Source: Nitrosopumilaceae archaeon (GTDB lineage: Archaea > Thermoproteota > Nitrososphaeria > Nitrososphaerales > Nitrosopumilaceae). From it: a stretch of 64,000 nt of DNA. Shown in pieces: positions 30,460 to 40,146 of this stretch. The DNA is taken from the NCBI GenBank assembly GCA_965207375.1, contig OZ242274.1:1984001-2048000 (forward strand), read 5' to 3'. The notes beneath the pieces are model-generated. The model was given only the letters and a program-made list of their open reading frames with translations, did not search any database and had not been told where the DNA came from. Numbering within the stretch: position 1 is the stretch's first letter; each line of letters starts with the position of its first letter. The position numbers were made by a program, and so were the translations under genes.

Positions 30460-30538
30460 TTAGATTACCTAGGTTTTACTATAGATCTTTGTTGGTATGC
30501 TACGGTGTAAACCAGTATAACAAAAATGGTTAAATTAT

Positions 30539-30934
30539 TTACACTTGGTTTGGACGATTTTGTGGTTTGTGGGGCATGTCAAAATCCACCTTTGCAGCAA
30601 CTCGTGCCTGAATGGCCCGGATATGAGAGATTGACTCTTCAGCAGACAGTACTAGCTCCTCAATGTCGTCGTCTATATCCTCAATAGAGCGAGCCGATGA
30701 ATTTATCATATTTACAAATTCTTTGAGCAGTTCATGAAAGTCTTTTTTGTCCTCGTATTTGGTGAGAAGATAATCTGCCAGGTGCAAGATTTCGCTTAGA
30801 TCCTGTAGTTGTTCAGGAGTTAGGCGGTCAATTTTGGGATGATCAGAATTTATTTTCTTTTCAATTTTAGAGGAGAGCAATCTTACCTTTTCTAGGTCTT
30901 TTTTAAAATTACGTTTGGGGGACAAAATAGTCAA
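30539..30934 (-). CDS. Helical hypothetical protein in the cdv cluster
   Basis: 131-aa ORF overlapping the upstream gene by 4 bp. Confidence 0.65.
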   Translation of the reverse strand: MTILSPKRNFKKDLEKVRLLSSKIEKKINSDHPKIDRLTPEQLQDLSEILHLADYLLTKYEDKKDFHELLKEFVNMINSSARSIEDIDDDIEELVLSAEESISHIRAIQARVAAKVDFDMPHKPQNRPNQV

Positions 30935-31482
30935 ACATTGCTGTTTCTTGGGGTTTGTAAATTAGGGTATTGCTTGCTAATTTTAGAGTCAGCCATCAAC
31001 TTTGCTTCATCTAAGATCAGGCAGGATTCAATGTTTGAGATACCAAAATCACAGGTGGCACTAGTAAGAATGGCAGAATCTGTCACAATACTTCCCAGAG
31101 TAGTAGATAATTCACACAGTTGCTGACTGCAGTCTGGCATCAGCTCAAATAGGCTTGAGCTAAGAGTTCGTATGGCAGGAATTGTAGGCGCAAGTGCTGA
31201 TGGAATGTTACACAGTTCACAAATGTCTGATATTTTTTTATGAATTTGCTCCAAAGATGCCACGGTTTGGTGTATTAGTCGCTCTTGATCTAGGTACTTG
31301 TCTGAAATCAAGTCATCTGCATGTGTCGAATTGATTTTTTTTAAATCAAGACCCTTTAATTCTAATTGTGAGACAATTTTATCAATTAATACTATACAAA
31401 ACCCCAGTCTGGGCCGCAATGTTCCTGCATGAGATATTGGGTTTTGAGAAATTACGGTAATCTGAAAAGATTGCTTTGGCAT
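30931..31482 (-). CDS. Divergent ESCRT-III/CdvB paralog
   Basis: LEQI...I...LAP.I..IR.L.S.L..LMP....L.EL...L and ILDEA..MA..KI...YP.L pattern of CdvB/Snf7 cores; next to cdvC. Confidence 0.65.
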   Translation of the reverse strand: MPKQSFQITVISQNPISHAGTLRPRLGFCIVLIDKIVSQLELKGLDLKKINSTHADDLISDKYLDQERLIHQTVASLEQIHKKISDICELCNIPSALAPTIPAIRTLSSSLFELMPDCSQQLCELSTTLGSIVTDSAILTSATCDFGISNIESCLILDEAKLMADSKISKQYPNLQTPRNSNV

Positions 31483-31863
31483 GAAAAATAATTCAAAATT
31501 TTGTATTTGAGTTTCATGTATTACAGGTTATAGTAACCACAGTAACAAGATGGTGTAGTTACATTTTGGATTTTTTTGATAATCTATCGAATCAGGATAT
31601 GCAACAGGCAGATATCTACAATCAATATCTTTGTTCTCACACAAAAACGATAGCCCACAGACAGCAAAATACAATATTTTGAATGAAATAAAGTTGTACA
31701 AAATCACATCTACAAACTTTCAAAGAGATAAACATCAGAACAGACTAGTCTAGGCAATCATGTGCAATATCCATAAAAAATGACAGAGTTAGAAAAAAAT
31801 CACATTTTCAAAACAGGCAGGGTGTAAATTCGATGAATTTTGTTTTTAATATGATCACATATG

Positions 31864-31962
31864 CAGCTAAACAAAATGTGGGCAAAATAGGCCAAAATCT
31901 ACCCCAAAATGCAGAAAGCAATAGGGACAGGTTAAGAATTTGGGCTACATTTGGCTTAGCTG
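31864..31962. repeat. ~99-bp palindromic MITE/REP-like element; related copies at 32898-32987 and 29048-29109
   Basis: Imperfect IRs CAGCTAAACAAAATGTGGGCAAAAT / ATTTGGGCTACATTTGGCTTAGCTG; core aaaataggccaaaatctaccccaaaatgca is identical in the 32898 copy. Confidence 0.75.
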
Positions 31963-32171
31963 TGTAAATTGTCAGAGTTTTATTCTAAAGAATCCATGAA
32001 AATAATCTACAAATGCCTGGACATATGATTCTATAGCATATTGTAAGGCGTTGTAAACCTGTTAGTGTTTATGTAAAAACTAGAGTCGAAATTAAGAATA
32101 CAAGAAATGTATTTGAAAACATTTCCAAAATACAAGACAAATTAGAAATAGAAGATATCAAAGTAAATAAT

Positions 32172-32384
32172 ATGGAAAAGGATCAATACAGGGTAATAAC
32201 CGGCGGTAATTTCAAGCCCGGTTCCTTGAAACACAAGGTCTTTGAGGCACACAAACAAATGTATCTACATTACTTTCCAGGCCATGATGTTGAGAAACTA
32301 ATTGAACGCTTGGAACACAATTATGGTACAGAAAAAGAGTATAAAATACTGCACATAATGTTTCCTTCCGGCAGGGTCGAATAA
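32172..32384 (+). CDS. Small hypothetical protein (frame open ~40 codons further upstream without ATG)
   Basis: 70-aa ORF of protein-like composition. Confidence 0.45.
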   Translation: MEKDQYRVITGGNFKPGSLKHKVFEAHKQMYLHYFPGHDVEKLIERLEHNYGTEKEYKILHIMFPSGRVE

Positions 32385-32538
32385 GTAAATTTTCACCCCA
32401 AATTTGGGCATTTTGGAGCTTGAATACTAAACATAATTGTACTACCAATGATACATAGAAACAAATCTGTGACCCTTTCAGTCATTCTTGGCATGGTCTA
32501 GGTCTTGGACTTACCTGCGCTGCCGGAGACAGACTGTA

Positions 32539-32781
32539 CTATGTCTTCCAAGAGCAGTCAGACCTGTTTGCAACTTTTAGGGGCGTATCAAGTCTGCCAT
32601 TCCATCCAAAAGAGCATTGATTGCAAAACCATTTGTCTTGAAATGATGACACAATGCAACCACCCAAAATAGTTCTCCCCTCCTCTAGCTCCCGGTCTAG
32701 TTTCTCTGAAGGAATTGGCAAGCCGTAGAGTATCTTTGCAACAGAATTGCTGCCACATTTGGGACACTTGCGTCTGGCCAT
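32539..32781 (-). CDS. Small zinc-ribbon protein
   Basis: CPKCG...ILYGLP...LGGC...WFCNQC pattern. Confidence 0.75.
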   Translation of the reverse strand: MARRKCPKCGSNSVAKILYGLPIPSEKLDRELEEGRTILGGCIVSSFQDKWFCNQCSFGWNGRLDTPLKVANRSDCSWKT

Positions 32782-33086
32782 GTGTATAGTTTCAATATTT
32801 TATAAAATATAATGCTTGAGAACAAAATACAGAACTTGATTCAGAAAGGTTTGCAATTGTCACAAATTACCAGAACTGATAACTTTACGACTCGATGAAA
32901 TGTGGGTAAAATAGGCCAAAATCTACCCCAAAATGCAAAGAAACAACAGGACTGGAATAAGAATTTGAGCCATATTTTGCTTAGCTGATATGACTGTAAT
33001 TGGTCCAAAAATCACGAGTTTTTTTGAGTAATTGTGTAAAGGATTTTAGCTCTTGATTTTACCTAAGCAAAGGGTAATGGTATTGT

Positions 33087-34241
33087 ATGGTCAAAGAGCA
33101 GGCATTAACGGTTAGTTTGGAAGAATTTGGCCTAAGCAAATATGAGGCCAAGGCATACGTTACATTGATTGCAAATGGTACAATTTCGGCTAGCGAACTT
33201 GCATATTATGCTGAAATTCCAAGAACAAAGGCATATCCGATACTTCTCAAATTAGAAAAGAAAAAACTAGCCATACTCTCAAAGAGCAAGCCAATAATGT
33301 GTACCGGCGTTGCCCCAGAAGATGCATTTGACAGAATAATTCATGAACAAATAGACCGAGTCAATGCCATGAATTCGCTAGTCTCCAATCTAAAGCAGGT
33401 CAGTGAGGAAAGTAAAAAATCACGCGGGTTGGAGGAAAAAAGATACTTTCACATTTCTGCAAACAACGTGCTAGATCAGCTAAAACAAATGATCGATGGT
33501 GCAAAAAAATCCATACACATAACAATGGATCAGTGGGGATTGGGCCTAGTCTCAGAATGCATGGAGCAGATAATTGGGGTTGCAAGAAGGGATTTGGAAA
33601 TTAAAATCATCATTCCATCAAACCAGATAGGCTCAGAGATTTACAAGAAGATACCTGACGGGGTAAAGATCAAGGGTGGAGAAAATGGACAGAACTGTTT
33701 TATTTTTGATCAGACAGAGTTGCTATTCATAGACAGCGATAATGGAAAGGCTGCGACATTTTCATCAACTGATGTTTTGGGCTCAAATCAGATTAAATTG
33801 TTTAATCAAATATGGAAATCAGGTCTAAAAACAGAATCGGTTGCAGATATGAGCAAGTCAGAATCTCAAGAGATATACAAAATAATTAAAACAGTAGAGG
33901 AACACGGTCTAAGCCACATCCTAAATTCAACATACGTTGCAAAAAACAAAGAATCAGGCATGCTAGAACTGTTGGAAAAAAACGGAGTCAACCTCAAAGC
34001 AAAATCACTTGATGATATCATAGAGATTGTAGACTCTGTACTACATATAATGTGCTCAGGACATGCAAGCTTTGATGTCAAAAACAAAAACATCTCAATC
34101 GAGTCAAAAGTAAACAGCGGTCATTCATTGCCATGGGCCAACATAGTTGAGGGATATTTACAAAATCAGGGTTACAAGACGCGCCTAGTTTATCAAAATG
34201 GTCAAAAAGGCGAAAAGGTTCATATCAAAATTCAGCAATAG
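33087..34241 (+). CDS. TrmB family transcriptional regulator
   Basis: LEEFGLSKYEAKAY..L, IPRTKAY..L..L wHTH followed by an effector domain. Confidence 0.92.
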   Translation: MVKEQALTVSLEEFGLSKYEAKAYVTLIANGTISASELAYYAEIPRTKAYPILLKLEKKKLAILSKSKPIMCTGVAPEDAFDRIIHEQIDRVNAMNSLVSNLKQVSEESKKSRGLEEKRYFHISANNVLDQLKQMIDGAKKSIHITMDQWGLGLVSECMEQIIGVARRDLEIKIIIPSNQIGSEIYKKIPDGVKIKGGENGQNCFIFDQTELLFIDSDNGKAATFSSTDVLGSNQIKLFNQIWKSGLKTESVADMSKSESQEIYKIIKTVEEHGLSHILNSTYVAKNKESGMLELLEKNGVNLKAKSLDDIIEIVDSVLHIMCSGHASFDVKNKNISIESKVNSGHSLPWANIVEGYLQNQGYKTRLVYQNGQKGEKVHIKIQQ

Positions 34242-34277
34242 CAAAAACTAAAAACTAGGATTTCAAGTGTTGCATTT

Positions 34278-34730
34278 ATGTATGAAGAAAAAATCAAGGA
34301 GTTAGGAATTACACTGCCAGAGCCTCCAAATCCTGCAGGCTCCTACATACCAGCAGTTAGAACAGGAAATTTAGTTTTTTTATCAGGTCAAATTCCGCTA
34401 TATAACGGAAAGATTGCATTTGCAGGAAAGGTCACAGATGACAATATAGAGGATGCAAAAAAATCCGCCAAAATTTGTGCCATCAATCTTTTGGCTCAGT
34501 TAAAGGCAAATCTGGGTAGCTTGGATAAAATCAAAAGAATTGTAAAGATTTCAGGATTTGTAAACTCTGATCCAGAATTTTACCAGCACCCAAAGGTAAT
34601 CAATGCAGCATCAGATTTTTTATTTGAAATATTTGAAGAAAATGCAAGGCATTGCAGAGTAGCAATAGGAGTCTCGAGTCTGCCATTGAACTCTATGACA
34701 GAGATTGATGCAATAGTGGAAGTAAATTAG
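34278..34730 (+). CDS. RidA/YjgF family protein
   Basis: P.GSYIPAV..GNL.F.SGQIP, GFVNS, HCRVAIGV.SLP, EID. Confidence 0.93.
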   Translation: MYEEKIKELGITLPEPPNPAGSYIPAVRTGNLVFLSGQIPLYNGKIAFAGKVTDDNIEDAKKSAKICAINLLAQLKANLGSLDKIKRIVKISGFVNSDPEFYQHPKVINAASDFLFEIFEENARHCRVAIGVSSLPLNSMTEIDAIVEVN

Positions 34731-35005
34731 AAAGATACGGCAGGTCTGACTAAATCGATAACAGATTGTATAATCAAAGACATACGAGACAAAATCGAGG
34801 ATAGATTAAAACCCAAGATTTTATTAAATTAACAAAAGAGACCGTACAAAATCAGGTCGTAAATTTTTCAAGTATGAAATTGTCAGGTATGTTCAAAAAC
34901 TAGGCATAGAATCAGAGGCGGCCTGAGTATGTGCTTCGAACCAAACACCATCTCAGACGTTCTTGAGGTTATAGTATGTCATCTTGAAATAAAAAATGTG
35001 GCGGA

Positions 35006-35251
35006 TTAGCGCCTTTCAAGCTGGGACACGCGATCCTCTAACTCAATAATGCGTTCCTGCAAGGCGGTAATGTCTACACGGTACCTTGAGGAATCACAGT
35101 CAAAGCCGTTGTGACCGTGCGCACATTCCTCAGAATATCGGGGCGTAGATTGATTATCGCCCTCGTTTACATCTAACCCGCCGTATGCAGATATTGTGCC
35201 CATGGCAAATAGTGCAATAATGCCTGCAAGTACGGGGTATCTCTTATTCAT
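35006..35251 (-). CDS. Small secreted protein with Cys pair and C-terminal coiled coil
   Basis: Signal peptide ending SAYG; LQERIIELEDRVSQLE heptads. Confidence 0.65.
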   Translation of the reverse strand: MNKRYPVLAGIIALFAMGTISAYGGLDVNEGDNQSTPRYSEECAHGHNGFDCDSSRYRVDITALQERIIELEDRVSQLERR

Positions 35252-35355
35252 GTCATAGATAGAATTTAGTATTATTTATTATTTCTTATATTATGGAAAT
35301 AATAGACTATTTCTAAAATAATACGATTTATAACACATAATGACAAAGATGTACA

Positions 35356-35967
35356 GTGAACACGTTAGACAAAGTTGTAGCCAAGGGAGTCATGATGGTA
35401 CTAGAGGAGGATCTCGGCAGTGTTACATACAAAAAAATCGAAAAAGAGATACAGGACATGTATGGCATGTCGGTTCTAGAGGCAGTAGGTGACTTTGCAA
35501 AACTCGACCTGGTAATGAGAAAGTTTTTTGGAAGATACGCATCAAACATAGAATCTAAAATATTCAAAAAAGTTCTAACAGTAGACAAGAACACAAAAAA
35601 CAGATCTACAATCACCATCAGGAATCCCATAGTAGCAAAGTCAGTATTTGAGGCATATGGCGATCCTGCAAAAAAGGTGATTCTTGACATGCTGCTTGAT
35701 GAATCAAAATCAATACCAGATACCATAACAGAATCCGGACTTGCAAAGGCATCTACATATAATCGAATCAAGGAATTGATTAAGGACGGTCTGATCACAA
35801 TGAATGGATTTGCAAATGCAAGTGACGGAAGAAAGGTAAATCAATATACTGCCACCTTCAACAAGACGATATTCAACATAGATCAAAAATCAATTTCAGT
35901 TAATGCCACCATAGAATCAAAATTTCTAAGGGACAGTTACGTATACAACTCGATTCATACGGTGTAA
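35356..35967 (+). CDS. Winged-HTH transcriptional regulator
   Basis: YGDP.K..IL, ASTYNRIKELI..GL, DGRKV..Y wHTH features. Confidence 0.8.
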   Translation: MNTLDKVVAKGVMMVLEEDLGSVTYKKIEKEIQDMYGMSVLEAVGDFAKLDLVMRKFFGRYASNIESKIFKKVLTVDKNTKNRSTITIRNPIVAKSVFEAYGDPAKKVILDMLLDESKSIPDTITESGLAKASTYNRIKELIKDGLITMNGFANASDGRKVNQYTATFNKTIFNIDQKSISVNATIESKFLRDSYVYNSIHTV

Positions 35968-35972
35968 TCGTT

Positions 35973-36731
35973 GTGTTTCAGATACCATCCAACAAAATAA
36001 AAAGAACAAGTGTAATTCCGATAATAATTTTTGCAATAATTGCTACAGCCTATTTTATAGGAGTCACATTAGAACATGCAGATGTGCCGCTGTTCATAAG
36101 GACTGCCATTGTTGCAGGTCCGATAGCAGTTTCAGTGTCTTGTGTTTTAATTGCAAAAAGATATGACAATTCTAAGATATTTGGAAAATCATATTTGCTT
36201 TTGGGGATAGGATATCTGTTCACGTTTGTAGGAGAAGGGATATTTTTTTATCACGTGGACAATCTTGGCCTTTTGGATTATGTCATACTAGGCGATGCAT
36301 TTATTCTTGCAAGCTATCCGTTTATGATGGCCCATATCGCTATCAACATAAAGTATTTTGCTGAAAAGTTAGAGGCATGGCAGTGGATGCTGTTTGCAGG
36401 TGTGTTTGCAGTTATACTTTCAGTCTATTCAGTATCATTGCTAAATTCGGACAATATGGATGATTTTTTGTATTATCTGGTATTTGTTTCTGCATCATCG
36501 ATAGTGCTTGGACTAGCTGCTGTGGCATTTACAATGTTTCGGCAAACGGTGCTTTCTTCTGCATGGTTTGTATTACTGATAGGAATTACGCTAGGAACCA
36601 TGGGCGATGTCATGTACAATCACGCATCCACACTAGGAACATACGGTTTTGAAGACTTTTCTAACATCTTGTGGATTACCTCTACCATGATTATGATATA
36701 TGCGCTGTATGAGCATCGCAAAAATATGTAA
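35973..36731 (+). CDS. 7-TM sensor-like membrane protein co-transcribed with the regulator
   Basis: About seven hydrophobic segments; GE/GD..Y and SYPF motifs typical of kinase N-terminal sensor domains; no kinase domain. Confidence 0.7.
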   Translation: MFQIPSNKIKRTSVIPIIIFAIIATAYFIGVTLEHADVPLFIRTAIVAGPIAVSVSCVLIAKRYDNSKIFGKSYLLLGIGYLFTFVGEGIFFYHVDNLGLLDYVILGDAFILASYPFMMAHIAINIKYFAEKLEAWQWMLFAGVFAVILSVYSVSLLNSDNMDDFLYYLVFVSASSIVLGLAAVAFTMFRQTVLSSAWFVLLIGITLGTMGDVMYNHASTLGTYGFEDFSNILWITSTMIMIYALYEHRKNM

Positions 36732-36902
36732 TTCAAACCAGTGATTTTTGCATCCAAATTAGATATGGCATTTGATCTGTTGCAAACAAGTACAATGATT
36801 CTTCAGCGTTAACTGTTGATAAAAAGTCAATATGCAAATTTTCTCCGGATTGCTCCTGCCTAGATTACCGCCTGCACAAGAGCAATCACACATTAGCCAG
36901 GG

Positions 36903-36946
36903 GTCGATCCACCACTAGAACTGCGCCGGGGTGGTTATCATGTGTT
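36903..36946 (-). ncRNA. Putative structured RNA motif, copy 1 (copy 2 at 51735-51775)
   Basis: High identity between two distant intergenic copies with a conserved hairpin. Confidence 0.4.
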
Positions 36947-37105
36947 CATAATGATTGAAAAATTAGGTATAAGGTGAACAAGTACAAAGAAAGTGTTACC
37001 TACCTTCAATACCTGTCAATTGTACGATTTTAGGCAATAATATCACATATTTTTGGACAACTGTACATTATTGTTATACAATAATTTAATTATCTATATC
37101 GTTTC

Positions 37106-38574
37106 ATGATATCTGTGAAAGCATTATCTCTAGTTTTCATGGCATCTGCCGCGTGTAGATGCTACATTAGGAACCCCCCCCCCGCACATTACACTGTATA
37201 GTTTTCATGGCATCTGCCGCAGGATTGATATTATTATTTACACCAGACTTTGCAGAGGCCCATTCTCCAACTGATGATGACTTTTTATGCAAAAGTGATA
37301 AATGGATAACCGTTTTTGGAGCACAAGTGTACTTCTCGCAGAATTTGTTTATTGTCGAATGAGGGCAAAGAGGCCAACTTGGTGTTTACACCGACTCTGA
37401 TGGTATAACCTACACATGTATTAACTATTTTAACCTGTTTACAGAAAGTCGTAACCCTACAGACGTAGATTATAGCCCCAATACACACACATACTCTATA
37501 CCACCCGGCCAAAATTACCATGACGGAATAGAAAGAATTGACATTTTCCATCATAATGGCACTCTAAAAGAATCTATTCTATATGAGGCAAAAAGCATTC
37601 TAGGTGTTTCAGATGAAGATGATCCGAATAGTAACCCAAATCAAGGCGTGTTTATGAAACTAGAACATCATGAAGATGGCACACTAAAAGAAATAATCAA
37701 TCTTGAGGATGGTGAATCTACAAGTGAAATAAAATTCAAAGAGGGCGGCAATATTGCAACTGAAGTTATCAAACGTGACTTGAAGGCAGAAAACACCACA
37801 AGGACAGATGAAAACGGTAATTTCCTATTACCTCAAAATAAAACTACATGGCATGATAACGGAATCCAAAAGAGTTATTATGAAATATTTCCAGACGGTA
37901 AAGATTTGACTATAACATGGAATGAACATGGAACTATGACACAGTATTTTAAAACATACCACAATGATAATACATATGTCACACTAGAAGCCAGCAGGGC
38001 AAATTTCATCAGCGCTCAAAATATTGCAGATATTTCAAAACCTGCACTTGTGGCTATTGTACGTGATGCCTTAAGAGAGAATCATCTAGTAGATATAGAG
38101 ATTAGGAAAGCCATCATACTACAAAACATTAAATCTTTTCTAAAAAATCAACTTCTAAATTTGGATAATGTAGAGACTCGCAATATAAACGAGGTAAACA
38201 CTGTAATTGGAAATGGCATACATGGTGCGATTGTTGTTACAGAAGCGGACAATAATCGTGGCAAAAACTATGTTGCAAGACTTGCAGACGGTTTTGTAAG
38301 TGCAGGAATTGCAAATCTTGACTCTACCGGATTTGTGCATCTGGCGACGTATTATGACTACACAGCCATTGACGGATGGACTCGCACAGATCAACAACTG
38401 TACGCCATGCATTTTCAGACCGGAATACACCCTGACGGCTCTGCAAATAATGATTCATGTTCTTCTGAAAATAGAGCAAGAATAACATGTACTGATGATA
38501 TGAGGGCAGAATATTTTGAATTTCTAGAGCGTCAGATTCCAAGAACAGGCGGCAGCACTCATGATACTGCATAG
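37106..38574 (+). pseudogene. Secreted protein interrupted by a 68-bp insertion and an in-frame TGA; contains MORN-like HxNG.LK repeats
   Basis: Removing 68 bp gives signal peptide MISVKALSLVFMASAAGLILLFTPDFAEA in frame with ORF 37648..38574; TGA at 37360-37362. Confidence 0.65.
37131..37220. repeat. 22-bp direct repeat flanking a 46-bp insert with a C10 tract
   Basis: TAGTTTTCATGGCATCTGCCGC at 37131-37152 and 37199-37220. Confidence 0.92.
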
Positions 38575-38811
38575 TAATTTGAAAAAAGAATGGAACCCAA
38601 ATTCCTGAAAAAAAGAGCCTGCATGCCCATATCTTGGGCCAAATTGGACAGGAATGTGCCTGCTTAGTTGCATTTTTGTCATATTTGGTAACGTATGGGA
38701 TCAATGAAATTAGAACTTGCGATACAAAAGATTGACGTGCCTAGAAGCAATTATGATACAACAGCTAAAGGCACATCAAGATACACTTGATAATGCCATA
38801 TTTAACTGCCC

Positions 38812-39921
38812 ATGTTGGGAGGACGATATTTTATGAAGCCATCCTCAGGGATAAAGAGAGGAATAGAGTTTCTCAAAGGTACCACTACGTCTGAGATGGA
38901 ACATCGCCTAAAGGCAGAGCACTCAGGCAAGTCGCGTGAGCGGCTACAGGCAGCACTGCTGCGCAGACAGGGCCTAGATCTAGAATCTATACGTAAAATT
39001 CTAGGACGAGGTAAGGGCAGCATCTCAAGATGGCTCAACAGGATGCAAAAAGAAGGACCTGATGCGATACTTGACGGCAAGAGTACCGGAAGACCCTGCA
39101 AGCTCTCAAAGGTACAACAGGAGGCAGTCAGAATATCTCTTGCCCAGGATCCAATGTGCAGCGGTTTTGAGCGCTCAAACTGGACTGCTAGACTGCTTGG
39201 AGTACACATTGAGAACAATTATGGTACACAATACAGTGCATCAGGAGCTCTTGCACTTGCGTATGGCATGGGTTATTCCATCAGAGTGCCTAGATCCGTA
39301 CCATACAATACACCTGACAAGGAGACAATTGACAAATACGTGTCAAACACCATACAAGCAATTACGTCACATGCATCTGCTGATTATGCCATATGTTGTT
39401 TGGATGCTGTAGGATTTGCCGACTCGCCGTTTTCTGCTCGTGGGATTCGTCCCATAGGTGGACATGAAACTGTAAAGTCTAACTTTAAGACTGCTACCAC
39501 AAAGGCAATAGGCGCACTCGGTCAAGACGGACTAGTCTTGGATTTTTATGACGACGTTGGATCTGATAGTGTCATAGATTTACTTGAACAGATACGTAAA
39601 AAGCATGGCAGAGTCTTTGTGATATGTGATAATGCAAGTGGCCACAAATCCAAAAAGATCAAAGAGTATTTGGAAAAGGCATGCGGCGATGTTGTCCTGT
39701 GGTACCTTCCACCGTACACCCCACAGCACAATCCAATAGAGATGATGTGGCGTGAGATCAAACGGGCCATTGCAGGAAGATACTTTGGCAGCTTTGAAAA
39801 AATGCATGATACCATAAAACAACTCATAAAATCAGGCGAGGTGGCAACTGTAAAGCTGTTCAAATACATGCTTGATGCAATAGATCAGGCCAAAAACGTC
39901 CTTCAGACATCTGTAATCTGA
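38812..39921 (+). mobile_element. IS630 family transposase (element ends not resolved)
   Basis: HTH region (RWLNR..KEG, GRP.KL, WTA), DNASGHKS, YLPPYTPQHNPIE..W..IK. Confidence 0.93.
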
Positions 39922-40146
39922 AAAACATATCAGGATTTCAAGGGTTGTCTTTTCAGGGTAACCTAAGCTCAAAACTGCACCAATATACCAAAACATGCCA
40001 CAACATGTTTGATTTTATGAATTTGCCCATATTCTGTCATGATTTTGCGTTTTACCTGTGGCTGAAATCTAATAGCACAGGCTACAGCCAGAAAGCGTTC
40101 CATTCTTTTTTGCGATTACTATGCATCTGCAAAATATGACCGTAAC

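Noticed and set aside
37131-37220. Repeat-spacer-repeat as a minimal CRISPR array
   Set aside because: Only two repeats, the repeat is signal-peptide coding sequence, and no cas genes or leader are present
37265-37310. Hammerhead ribozyme suggested by CTGATGA
   Set aside because: Lies in the coding frame (PTDDD) and lacks a correctly placed GAAA and stems I/III
38760-39975. Terminal inverted repeats and TA duplication of IS630
   Set aside because: Only weak, ambiguous matches found, so ends were not called
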